Below the pieces are notes generated by a model, which saw only the letters and a program-made list of their open reading frames with translations, did not search any database and was not told the origin of the DNA. 58,121 nt of DNA from Octopus sinensis (lineage: Eukaryota), in the NCBI RefSeq assembly GCF_006345805.1, contig NW_021833654.1:1-58121 (forward strand). The letters run 5' to 3'. Made by a program: the position numbers and the translations under genes. Shown one piece after another: positions 35,086-47,263 of this stretch (positions are counted from its first letter, which is position 1; each line of letters begins with the position of its first letter).

Positions 35086-35234
35086 GCACTAGCTTAGCTA
35101 GAGTGTGTGCCACCTGGGGCGGTCCTTCCATTTACCACCCCCAGATCCCACAAAAAGCATATATTGCCTACAGCAGACCCTAAAGTGCCACCCTGGATGG
35201 ACAACCCCTACCACTCCCCTATTAACTACACTAG

Positions 35235-35381
35235 TGCATACATACATATACACACACACACACACACACAAACATACATACACACATATATACACACATG
35301 CATACACAAACATACATACACACATACATACATATACACATGCATACACACACACATACATACACACATACATGCATACAC

Positions 35382-35412
<31 letters not shown>

Positions 35413-35848
35413 TACATACATACATACATACACACATACATACATACATACATACAAACACACATACACGCATACATACATATACACATGCACACATATA
35501 TACACACATACATACATACATATACACATACATATATACATACACATACATACACACATACATACACACATACATACATACATACACACACACATACGTA
35601 CATACACATACATACACATACACACATACATACATACACATACATACATACACATACATACATACACATACACACATATACATACATACGCACATACATA
35701 CACACATACATACACACATACATACACACATACACACACACATACACACATACATACACACATACACACATACATACACACATACATACACACATACATA
35801 CACACATACATACACACATACATACACACATACATACATACATACATA
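35235..35848. repeat. (CATA)n/(CA)n microsatellite
   Basis: Direct reading. Confidence 0.92.
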
Positions 35849-36479
35849 AGACATAAGTGTTATTTGAGGGAGATTTAGCTGCTTTTGCTACCAAGTCTAA
35901 CTACCATGTAGAGGCCTTCCTTGCTGGATCGCACATGTACTTGAGACTGTAAGGTCGGGTTCGAGGGAAATTTGGCTGCTATTTCTACCGAACGTGTAGA
36001 GATCTCCACCCCTGACCCCTAATCAGCTCATAGACATTACACCGACACGAAACTGCTGGATGCAGTTTAAGGGGAATTTAGCTGCTATATCCAGCAAGTC
36101 AAGCGACCTCATTGGGGTATTTTCATCCGGACAATACTAATGATGATGATGATGATGGTCCTGCTAATTTAATTTAGTTACGACATTCCAGTTAAATGAT
36201 GCCACTTAATTCAGCTAGTGACCTTTGACCTCTATTCGGCAGAGTATCTTTATGCTGTAATGGTAGGTTACAGTTTTCGCCTACATACTTGATACACACA
36301 CACACACACACACCTATGTATTTGATATGCATACACAGACGCACATACGCATGCAATGAAAGAGTGGTGCATTCACACATACATATTTCACACATACATA
36401 CATACATACACACCATACATGGATGTATACGTGTATATATGTGGGGGGGGAAGTACACTGTCACATTCCCTTGCACTAA

Positions 36480-36810
36480 TGTATGTGTGTGTGTGTTTGT
36501 GTATGTATATATGTGTATGTGTATATATATGTGTGTGTGTATATATATGTGTGTGTGTATGTGTATATATATGTGTGTGTGTATATATATATATATGTGT
36601 GTGTGTATATATATATATATGTGTGTGTGTATATATATATATATGTGTGTGTGTGTATGTATATATATGTGTGTGTGTATGTATATATATGTGTTTGTGT
36701 ATGTGTATATATATGTTTGTGTGTATATATATATGTGTGTGTGTATGTATGTATATATATATATATGTGTGTGTATGTATATTTATGTGTGTGTATGTAT
36801 ATATATATAT

Positions 36811-36846
<36 letters not shown>

Positions 36847-36925
36847 ATATATATTATATGTGTTTGTGTATGTATATATATATATGTGTGTGTATATATG
36901 TGTGTGTATGTATATATATATATGT
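36480..36925. repeat. (TG)n/(TA)n microsatellite
   Basis: Direct reading. Confidence 0.92.
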
Positions 36926-37351
36926 GCAATGTTACACATACAAAACTCATATACTGAGCCCCTGACCCAGAAAACATGCACATACACACACGTATATATA
37001 CATACATAACAGCACATACATACACATAAATACGTACATACATACATTAACACACACACACACACACCCTAATTGCTCAATGCTTATATAATGCGCTTGT
37101 AACTGTTCACTTGAACTTTGTAAACGTCTAAGTCAGTCCACATACGCCAGTCCAGGCTGACACTCACAGACTCTGCCAGGTTGACTACTTCACACACACA
37201 CTCATTTACACACACTTGTAGTTTCCTTCCGCCTTTTCCGCCGTTGCCTTGACAACAGCCACATCCCACCACACCCCCCACTACGCTCCACTCCCATCAA
37301 AGTATCTCCATCTGTCTGTCTGTCTGTCTCTCGCGTTTCCTGACTTGCTAG

Positions 37352-37497
37352 ATATTACAGCCAAATATCCATTGAATCACGTTTCATCTTAAGGGAAACC
37401 ACAAAGGATGCGTCGTATAATGAACGTTCCCCAACATCATCATCATCATCACCATCGTCATCAGTGTCATTGTCATCATCCTCATCATCCTCATCTG
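37352..37497 (+). CDS. Candidate coding exon with Ser-rich tail
   Basis: TTTCCTGACTTGCTAG|, open frame YYSQISIESRFILRETTKDASYNERSPTSSSS..., G|GTAGGC donor coinciding with a SINE head. Confidence 0.38.
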
Positions 37498-37498
37498 G

Positions 37499-37632
37499 TA
37501 GGCGTAGGAGTGGCTGTGTGGTAAGAAGCTTCCCTCCCAACCACATGGGCAAGTGTCTTCTACTATAGCCTCGGGCCAACCAAAGCCTTATGAGTGGATT
37601 TGGTAGACGGAAACTGAAAGAAGCCCATCGTA
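37499..37632 (+). mobile_element. Family-A SINE 5' half
   Basis: Head with an internal deletion. Confidence 0.8.
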
Positions 37633-37646
37633 TATATGTATATATA

Positions 37647-38037
37647 TCTTTATATATAAAAGTGAGGTTGTGTGCTGTCTGTCTCCTACGATTTAGATTC
37701 CTAACTACTCCCACATTTTGTGGTGCAGTTTAACCAAAACCGGGTATCTTATAGTTGTGATTCATATCAAGCCCTTCTGGGTATTAGCACGCGTCTACGA
37801 TGAGTCTACGATTTAAAAAAAAATTTACCATCATTTTTTTCCATTTTAATGCATTTTTTCGCTATTATATAAGGGAAGTAACTCTCTAAAAATGTCTACA
37901 ATGAGTCAACGATTTTTTAAAAAATTTACCATCATTTTTTTTCCATTTTTTTTGCTATTTTTTGGCTATAACTCTCTAAAAATGCTTATATAGTTATTTC
38001 CCTTACAAACCCGAGCAATGCCGGGCGATACTGCTAG
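37647..38037 (+). mobile_element. Non-autonomous Helitron (H4)
   Basis: A|TC, hairpin, CTAG|T. Confidence 0.88.
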
Positions 38038-38069
38038 TATATATATATATTTATGTATATCCGTAATAA

Positions 38070-38343
38070 TGAAGGGTGAAATTAATTAATTTGGAATAAT
38101 TATCAATTACACCAAGTAGTCTTCGGCATGTAAAAGCCTCATTCGAGGAAAATTTAAGTAATACTAAGCAATAAGGGTTTAGCAACGAATTGCCTTACCA
38201 CATACCGAATTTAGAAATAGCAGTCAAAGGGTTATAGCTATTTCTTCTTTTTAGTAGAAGAAATAGCTATAACCCTTTGACTGCTATTTCTAAATTCGGT
38301 ATGTGGTAAGGCAATTCGTTGCTAAACCCTTATTGCTTAGTAT
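38070..38343. mobile_element. Fold-back repeat element (copy F2) with a perfect 88-bp stem and 7-nt loop
   Basis: 38161-38248 is the exact reverse complement of 38256-38343. Confidence 0.9.
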
Positions 38344-38627
38344 ATTTATGTATATGTAAAAAAATACAAACTGGGACAAGAACGCAAAACATTTGGAAGA
38401 CGATACAGAATACACGGATGGGACATTCTAAGCCTTCAATCTTCAGTCAAGAACCGGATCATCCTCGCAATTTTGGCTGATTAATCTTGAGATTGCTCCG
38501 ATCTGGGCAGCCCCAAGGAAAAACTAAGCTACGAGCATTAGATTTCTTGGAAAAAGGATCGAATGTATACGAAACAGGGACAGAAAAACGGATGATGCCA
38601 CATGAATATAAATACAAAAAACAATAA

Positions 38628-38833
38628 TGTGTGTGTGTGTCTGTGTTTGTTCCCCTAGCATTGCTTGACAATCGATGCTGGTGTGTTTATGTCCCCGTCA
38701 CTTAGCGGTTCGACAAAAGAGACCGATAGAATAAGTACTGGGCTTACAAAGAATAAGTCCCGGGGTCGATTTGCTCGACTAAAGGCGGTGCTCCAGCATG
38801 GCCGCAATCAAATGACGGAAACAAGTAAAAGAG
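38628..38833 (+). mobile_element. Family-A SINE 3' half
   Basis: Body and tail. Confidence 0.85.
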
Positions 38834-38834
38834 C

Positions 38835-39005
38835 ATGAGTATCATCATCATTATCACCATTATCATCATTGTCACCATCATCACCTCCACCACCATCATC
38901 ATCATCACCACCATCGTCACCATCATCATCCTCATCATCACCACTATCATCACCACCATCATCATTATCATCATTGTCACCATCATCACCACCACCATCA
39001 TCACC
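38835..39005. repeat. (CAT/CAC)n trinucleotide block
   Basis: Direct reading. Confidence 0.9.
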
Positions 39006-39324
39006 ATTTAACAATTGTCTCCCATGTTGTCATGGGTTGAATGGTTTGACGTGCTGACAATCCGGAGGATGGTGCCAGGCTCCGTTGTCTGCTTTTGGCA
39101 TGGTTTCTATGGGTGGATGCCCTTCCTAATGCCAACCACCTTACAGCTTTTTACATGGCACCAGCATTGGTGGGGTCACCAAGTAACCTGCAAAGCAGAG
39201 ACCCCTTTGACTGGACGGAAGAGGAGTATCGAGGGAGGTGGGTTTGTGCCAGTTGGGAGGATGAGTTTTTGGAGAGTAGGTGCCTTGCTGTGGAAGGGAT
39301 GCTTGGCTGTCCAAGTTGGAAGAG

Positions 39325-39850
39325 AAAGGAGAGAGAGGGGGGTTGGAGAGAGAGAGAAATAGGGTTAGGGAGAAAGCTGGAGAGAGAGAGAGAGAGGGTT
39401 GGAGAGAAGGCTGGAGAAACAGAGAGAGAGAGAAGTAGGTTAAGAGGGAAGGCTGGAGAGAGAGAGATAGGGTTGGAAAGAAGGATGGAGAGAGAGAAAA
39501 TGGGAAATAGCGTTAGGGAGAAGGCTGGAGAGAGAGAGGAGAATAGGGTTGGAGAGACAGAGAAGTAGAGTAAGAGGGAAGGTTGGAGAGAGAGAAAGAT
39601 AGGGTTGAAGAGAAGGCTGAAGGGAGAGAGGGTTGGAGAGAAGGCTGGAGAGAGAGAGGAGAATAGGGTTGGAGAGACAGAGAAGTAGAGTAAGAGGGAA
39701 GGTTGGAGAGAGAGAAAGATAGGGTTGAAGAGAAGGCTGAAGGGAGAGAGGGTTGGAGAAAAGGCTGGAGAGAGAGAGGAGAATAGGGTTAAGGAGAAAG
39801 CTGAAGAGAGACAGAGAGAGAAAACTGGAGAGATGAGAGAGAGAGAGATG
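39325..39850. repeat. GA-rich repeat with a 120-bp higher-order period
   Basis: AAGGCTGGAG registers at 39521, 39641 and 39761. Confidence 0.85.
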
Positions 39851-40278
39851 GTGGCGGTGTTGGTGGTGGTGGTGGTGGTGGTGGTGATGTGTAGGGACAT
39901 GCCCTCAAGGTAGAAGTGCTGGCAGGGGTGAACATAAATGGTTCAGAGGATAGGCCAGGGTTTGTGCACAGGGGTTGATGGAGGAGGAGGAGGACGTCAG
40001 ATAAGAGAGTGAGGGGAGATGGTCAGAGACGGAGAGTGCACATGCATAGAGGAAGTGTGACAATACACATGACCTTTACATATTATTCGGCTGCCAGCAG
40101 TCTGCTGACATTGATGTGGCTGGTGTTCAGTGAGAACATTTGAAGATTTCGGAATGGTAGCAAAAGAGTTGATGTGGACTGGGAGAGGAGGAGCGCCTTG
40201 CTCTATTTGTAAGAAGGGTGTTGGTGGAGAGACTCCATACGTTGTACCCAGTGCAAGTTTCAGACGCAGAAACCTGGC

Positions 40279-40676
40279 TCAGAAACCTGGACGTTGTCAA
40301 AGAAGCTTGAGAGGCGGTTGGATGGAACCTACACTCGCCTCCTTATGAGAGCTCAAAATCTCTCGTGGAAGCGCCATCCAACGAAAATGCAAATATATGG
40401 GAAACTACCACCTGTGTCATCTCTTGTGAAAGGTAGGAGAGTCCAGTTTGCTGGACATTGTTGTAGAGCTGAAAACGAGGTAATTTCTACTCTTCTCCTC
40501 TGGAAGCCATCTACTCGCAATACCAGAGGGCGCACACTCTCCTACCCTGATGTAATCTCCAGGGATACAGGCATCCAGCAACAGGACCTCCGTAATGCCA
40601 TGATGGACCGTGAAGTCTGGCATAGCATGGTAAATTCCATTGTCTCAACCACAGTCGAACAATGATGATGATGATC
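40279..40676 (+). mobile_element. Young 5'-truncated RTE-group LINE 3' end (copy 1)
   Basis: Uninterrupted ORF tail GSETWTLSKKLERRLDGTYT...STTVEQ* running directly into (TGA)n. Confidence 0.9.
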
Positions 40677-40774
40677 ACAGGAAGATTAACGAGAATATAG
40701 GTTTTGTGTATGGAAAATCTGCAGGTACAATAAGCACTAAAAATGCACAGACAATAGACTCTCTCAAATGCTCA

Positions 40775-41258
40775 TCATCATCATCATTGTTCGACCGTGG
40801 TTGAGACAATGGAATTTACCATGCTACGCCAGACTTCACGGTCCATCATGGCATTACGGAGGTCCTGTTGCTGGATGCCTGTATCCCTGGAGATTACATC
40901 AGGGTAGGAGAGTGTGCGCCCTCTGGTATTGCGAGTAGATGGCTTCCAGAGGAGGAGAGTAGAAATTGCCTCGTTTTCAGCTCTACAACAATGTCCAGCA
41001 AACTGGACTCTCCTACCTTTCACAAGAGATGACACAGGTGGTAGTTTCCCATATATTTGCATTTTGGTTGGATGACGCTTCCACGAGAGATTTTGAGCTC
41101 TCATAAGGAGGCAAGTGTAGGTTCCATCCAACCGCCTCTCAAGCTTCTTTGATAGCATCCAGGTTTCTGAGCCATATAGTAGAATTGGTTCGACTGTGGC
41201 TTCGAAGATTTCAAGTTTGAAGTCTCTACTTAGATTTGATGACCAGATCTTATTCATG
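40775..41258 (-). mobile_element. Young 5'-truncated RTE-group LINE 3' end (copy 2)
   Basis: 157-aa open tail (VEPILLYGSETW...FAGHC...), (TGA)n tail, 11-bp TSD TCAAATGCTCA at 40764-40774 and 41259-41269. Confidence 0.93.
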
Positions 41259-41489
41259 TCAAATGCTCAGGGGGATCGTTAGAAGTTGTAGATAGCTTCT
41301 GTTACCTGGAAACCAAGTTAGCAGTGGGGGAGGAAGTTCTAAAAGGGTATTTGCTAGGATAAGAACAGATTAGGCAAAAGTTCAGAGAGCTTCTAAGTTT
41401 TGTTGGTAACTAAGGGCCTCTCCCTCAGGGTGAAAGGTAGATTGTATGATGCTTGTATATGTACAGGTGTGTTACATGGCAGTGAAACA

Positions 41490-41860
41490 TGGGTTCAATC
41501 CCACTGCATGACCTCTTTAGTAAGTGTCTTCTTCTATAGTCTTGGGCTGAGTGGATTTGGTAGACAAAAACTGAAAGAAACCCATCATTATATGTGTGTG
41601 TGTGTGTGTGTGTGTACTTTTGTGTCTGTGTTTGTCCATCACCACCGCTACCACCACTACCACCACTTGACAACCAGTGTTGGTGTGTTTACGTCCTTGT
41701 AACATACCAATTCCCTGTAACTTAGTGGTTCACAAAAGAGGGAAGTACCAAGCTTTCAGACTAAGAAAAATTACTGGGGTTGGTTCATTCAGCTATAAGG
41801 TTTTCAAGGCAGTGCTCCAGTATGGCCGCAGTCTAATGACTGAAGCAAGGAAAAGATAAG
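41490..41860 (+). mobile_element. Family-A SINE, older
   Basis: Diverged body and tail. Confidence 0.75.
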
Positions 41861-41874
41861 ATAAATGTATATAT

Positions 41875-42156
41875 CCGATCGTGGCCGTTGCCAGCCTCAC
41901 CTGGCCCCCGTGCCAGTGACACGTAAAAAGCACCATCCGTCTGGCCATTTGCCAGCTCCGTCTGGCTCCTGTGCGGGTGGCACGTAAAAAGCACCCACTA
42001 CACTCACAGAGTGGTTGGCGTTAGGAAGGGCATCCAGCCCTAGAAACATTGCCAGATCAGACTGGAGCCTGGTGCAGCCTCCTGGTGTCCCAGACCCCAG
42101 TTGAACCGTCCAACCCATGCTAGCATGGAAAGCGGACGCTAAATGATGATGATGAT
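41875..42156 (+). mobile_element. Family-C RTE-type 3' end
   Basis: Ends GGACGCTAAATGATGATGAT. Confidence 0.87.
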
Positions 42157-42433
42157 ATATATATTAAAAGTCAGGGTACTATATATACCTGTTTGTTTGA
42201 AAAAAGCGTAAAACTCTCCAAAACCACTTATCTCTCACCTTATGTAAACACAAATGGAGAATGTGATAAGTAAATTTAGAAAAATGTTTTTTCCAGTTTG
42301 TAAAACTACAAAGAGCGGGGGCGGGGGGGTAGATATCCCAGTATCAATTGATTTAGTTTTCTGTGTCGAATTGACACTTAAAGCTCATCAACTAGGATTA
42401 CAAAGTAACCTAATTTTTAAAAATATATATATA

Positions 42434-42595
42434 GGCGCAGGAGTGGCTGTGTGGTAAGTAGCTTGCTAACCAACCACATGGTTCTGGGTTCAGTCCCACT
42501 GCGTGGCACCTTGGGCAAGTGTCTTCTGATATAGTCCCGGGCCGACCAATGCCTTGTGAGTGGATTGGTAGACGGAAACTGAAAGAAGCCTGTCG

Positions 42596-42628
<33 letters not shown>

Positions 42629-42851
42629 TATATATAATATATATATATGCGTGTGTATATGTTTGTGTGTCTGTGTTTGTCCCCCTAGCATTGCTTGACA
42701 ACCGATGCTGGTGTGTTTATGTCCCCGTCACTTAGCGGTTCGGTAAAAGAGACTGATAGAATAAGTACTGGGCTTACAAAAGAACAATTTGTTTGACTAA
42801 AGGCGGTGCTCCAGCATGGCCACAGTCAAATGACTGAAACAAGTAAAAGAG
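42434..42851 (+). mobile_element. Family-A SINE, near full length
   Basis: Head to tail. Confidence 0.9.
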
Positions 42852-42961
42852 TATATATTGACTCATATATCGACTCCTATATAGACTCTTATATTGACTC
42901 TTATATTGACTCATATATCAGCTCATATATAGACTCATGTATTGACTCATATATACTCATA

Positions 42962-43263
42962 CTAGCAGTATAGCCCGGCGTTGCTCGGGTTTGTAAGGGA
43001 AAAAACTATATAAGCATTTTTAGAGAGTTACTTCCCTTATATAATAGCAAAAAATTGCATTAAAAATGGGGGAAAATGATGGTAATTTTTTTTTTAAATC
43101 GTAGATTCATCGTAGACGCACGCTAATACCCAGAAGGGCTCGATATGAATCACGACTATAAGATACCCGGTTTTGGTTAAACTGCACCGCGAAATGTGGG
43201 AGTAGTTAGGAATCTAAATCGTAGGAGACAGACAGCACACAACTTCACTTTTATATATAAAGA
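42962..43263 (-). mobile_element. Non-autonomous Helitron (H5)
   Basis: A|CTAG, CCCGGCGTTGCTCGGG, GA|T. Confidence 0.88.
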
Positions 43264-43314
43264 TATTTCGGGCCCTGTGCCTAGAGTAGAAAAGAAGATT
43301 CTAGTCATACTAAT

Positions 43315-44760
43315 GTGGCAAGCTGGCAGAAAAGAAAAGTTAGCACGCTGGGCGAAATGCTTAGCAGTATTTCATCTGTCTTTATGTTCTGAGTTCAAAT
43401 TCCAGTGAAGTCGATTTTGCCTTTCATCCTTTCGGGATCAAAGAAATAAGTACAAGTTGCATACTGGGGTTGATCTAATCGACAGGCCCCCTTCCCAAAA
43501 ATTTCAGTCCTTTGTGCCTAGATTAGAAAAGAATCATCATCATCATCGTTTAACGTCCGCTTTCCATGCTAGCACGGGTTGGACGGTTCGACCGGGGTCT
43601 GGGAAGCCAGGAAGCTGCACCAGGCTCCAGTCTGATCTGGCAGTGTTTCTACAGCTGGATGCCCTTCCTAACGCCAAATATATGAAAAAAAAAGGTGGGG
43701 AGCTGGCAGAAACATTAGCAACCCGGACTAAGTGCTTAGCAGTATTTCGCTATTATTCTGAGTCCAAATTCTGTCCAAAATTTTGGGCCTTGTGCCTAGA
43801 AAAGAAGAAAAAAAAAGGTATTTCGTCTGCCACTACATTCTAAGTTCAAACTCTACCGAAGTCGACTTTGCCTATCATTTTTTTTTGGTGGGGTTAATAA
43901 ATTAAGTACCAGTTGCATATTGGGGGTCAATGTAACCGACTAGGCCCCTCTCCTGTAATTTTAGGCCCTGTAAGGTGGTGAGCTGGCAGAATCGTTTGCA
44001 TGCTGAGCAAAATGCTTAGCGGCACTTCGTCTATCTCTACGTTCTGTGTTCAAATTCCACCGGTCGACTTTCTCTTTCATCCTTTCTGGGTTGATAAGTA
44101 CCAGCTGAATACTGGGGTCGATGCAATTGATTTATCCCCTCCCCCTTGTGCCAGAATTTGAAACCATTATTACTGAACATAAAAAGGTGAGCAGGTGGCA
44201 GAGTCGTTAGCAGGCTGGGCTAATTACTTTGCAGTATTTTGCCTGTTGCTATGTTCTGAGTTCAAATTCCACCAAGGTCAACTTTGCCTTTCATCCTTTT
44301 CGGGATTGGTGAGTACAAGTTGCATACTGGGGTTGGTCTAATTGACCCCCCCCCCCAAAAAAAATTCTAGTCATACTAATGCAGCGAGCTGGCAGAAACG
44401 TTAGCACGCCGGGCGAAATGCTTTGTGGTATTTCGTCTGCCACTACGTCCTGAGTTCAAATTCCATCGAGGTCGACTTTGCCTTTCATCTTTTCGGGGGT
44501 TGATTAAATAAGTACCAGTTACGCACTGGGGTCTATGTAATCGACTTAGTCCGTTTGTCTGTCCTTGTTTGTCCTCTCTGTGTTTAGCCCCTTGTGGGTA
44601 GTAAAGAAATAGGTATTTCGTCTGTCTTTATGTTCAGAGTTCAAATTCCAGTGAAGTCGACTTTGTCTTTCATCCTTTCGGAGTTGATAAATTAAGTACC
44701 AGTGAAACACTGGGGTTGATGTAATCGACACATCCCCTCCCCCAAAATGGCTGCTCTTGT
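43315..44760 (+). mobile_element. Cluster of about 7 co-oriented family-B SINE copies or fragments (with one family-C fragment at 43534-43676)
   Basis: Repeated AGCTGGCAGAA...TTAGCA heads and GTCGACTTTGCCTTTCATCC domains. Confidence 0.85.
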
Positions 44761-44970
44761 GGAAAAATTTAATGGGAGCCAGTCAGGGGTCACCGGCCCC
44801 AGCTATGATATTGGTTTTACTTGACTCAACAGGTCTTCTCAAGCAAAGAGAGACAGAGCTGTGCTCATATACATATATATATGTTAGATATGGATATGTT
44901 TGTGTATATATGTGTGTGTGTCTGTCTATGTATATATGTCTGTGTGTGTGTATATACTCTCTCTCTCTCT

Positions 44971-45342
44971 CTTTTACTCTTTTACTTGTTTCAGTCATTT
45001 GACTGCGGCCATGCTGGAACACCGCCTTTAGTCGAGCAAATCGACCCCGGGACTTATTCTTTGTAAGGCCAGTACTTATTCTATCAGTCTCTTTTGCCGA
45101 ACCGCTAAGTGACGTAGACATAAACACACCAGCATCGGTTGTCAAGCAATGCTAGGAGGACAAACACAAACACACGCATATATATATACATATATACGAC
45201 GGGCTTCTTTCAGTTTCCATCTACCAAATCCACTCACAAGGCTTTGGTCGGCCCGAGGCTATAGTAGAAGACACTTGCTTTTCTCAAGGTGCCACGCAGT
45301 GGGACTGAACCCAGAACCATGTGGTTGGTAAACAAGCTACTT
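44971..45342 (-). mobile_element. Family-A SINE
   Basis: Near full-length reverse match. Confidence 0.88.
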
Positions 45343-45404
45343 GCTATATATGTTAGAGATGGATATGTTTGTGTATATATGTGTATCTGTCTATGTATAT
45401 ATGT

Positions 45405-45727
45405 CTGTGTGTGTGTGTGTGTGTGTGCGTGTGTGTGTGTGTATATCTATATATATATATATATATATATATATAGATACATACATACACACCCTATTTC
45501 TATTTTCCCTCTATTTATCTAACCATTCTTACATGCACAAAATTACACCACACACACACACACACAGTTATAAAAATTGTAGTAATACATATTTTGAAAG
45601 TAGGTTAAACTCAACATAGCAGAGATTTTGTTAACCATTTCTGTGTGTGTGTATGTTTGTGTGTGTGTGAATGTGTGTGTGTATGTATGTGGAAACGTGC
45701 ACGTATTTTGAGTGTATATGTCCCTCA

Positions 45728-45760
<33 letters not shown>

Positions 45761-45827
45761 TAGAGAGAGAGAGAGAGAGACAGAGCTTCATACACACATT
45801 GCATGTGAATTTTATATATATGATCAT

Positions 45828-45862
<35 letters not shown>

Positions 45863-45911
45863 GAGAGAGAGTTTCATAGACACATTGCATGTGAATTTTA
45901 TATATATGATC

Positions 45912-45986
<75 letters not shown>

Positions 45987-47025
45987 TACAGAAAGCTTCA
46001 TACGCATACACACACATACACACATGTATTGCATGTGAAATTTATTTGTGTGTGTTTTCTGTAGATTGATAGATTTACACATAGATATATTGCATGTGAA
46101 ATATATATATATATATAGTGTGTGTGTGGTGTGTGCGTGCGTGTGTATGTATGTATGTATATATATGATGATGAAACTATATGCAACAGTAAAGATTAGT
46201 GAGATTTCCTCTATTGTTTTCTCTGTGTGTGTATGTATGTGTGTGTACCAGATTACGAAACACCGCCACAACTGGCCGACTCGCTGTGAAAAAAAAACCC
46301 ACCCTGTCCTCCAAATCTCGCTTTCGTGGAAGAAGAAGAAGAAAAAAAAAGCAACAGGCAATAAAATGATGATGATGATATTCACACTGGCTCACACACA
46401 TCTACACACACAGGCAATCACGTTTCTCTAGATATACATAAAGTGTATATATTATGTGTAGTGTATATATTCCCTCCATCCACTAACTGTCGGTACACAC
46501 TGGACTAAACTACTTTACATTATGGCCGTGAGTGTTACTTTGTTTTATATATGTATATATATGTATGTTTGTACATGTGTGTGTATATATACATGTGTAG
46601 TGTATATATTCCCTCCATCTACAACTGTTGGTTCACAGTGGATTAAACTACATTTCATTATGGTCGTGAGTGTTACAAGTTTTATATATGTATATATATG
46701 TATGTAGTGTGTGTGTGGTGTGTGTGCGTGTGTGTGTGTGTATATCTATATATATATATATATATATATATATAGATACATACATACACACCCTATTTCT
46801 ATTTTCCCTCTATTTATCTAACCATTCTTACATGCACAAAATTACACCACACACACACACACACAGTTATAAAAATTGTAGTAATACATATTTTGAAAGT
46901 AGGTTAAACTCACATAGCAGAGATTTTGTTAACCATTTCTGGTGTGTGTATGTTTGTGTGTGTGTGAATGTGTGTGTGTATGTATGTGGAAACGTGCACG
47001 TATTTTGAGTGTATATGTCCCTCAT

Positions 47026-47061
<36 letters not shown>

Positions 47062-47128
47062 TAGAGAGAGAGAGAGAGAGACAGAGCTTCATACACACAT
47101 TGCATGTGAATTTTATATATATGATCAT

Positions 47129-47176
<48 letters not shown>

Positions 47177-47216
47177 TTTCATAGACACATTGCATGTGAA
47201 TTTTATATATATGATC

Positions 47217-47263
<47 letters not shown>

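Larger units (their letters stand above)
40195..41492 (+). mobile_element. Old RTE-clade LINE fragment (Cys-rich insert plus end of RT), interrupted twice
   Basis: Joined segments read PCSICKKGVGGDSIRCTQCK / ITGRLTRI-G..TISTKNAQTIDSLKCS / GGSLEVVDSFCYL...LLVTKGLSLRVKGRLYDACICTGVLHGSETW, with some frame slips. Confidence 0.8.

Noticed and set aside
38421-38450. Third hammerhead on the minus strand (CUGAAGA...GAAUGUC)
   Set aside because: The first half of the core is canonical, but there is no viable stem II and GAAU replaces GAAA. It cannot be supported from this copy.
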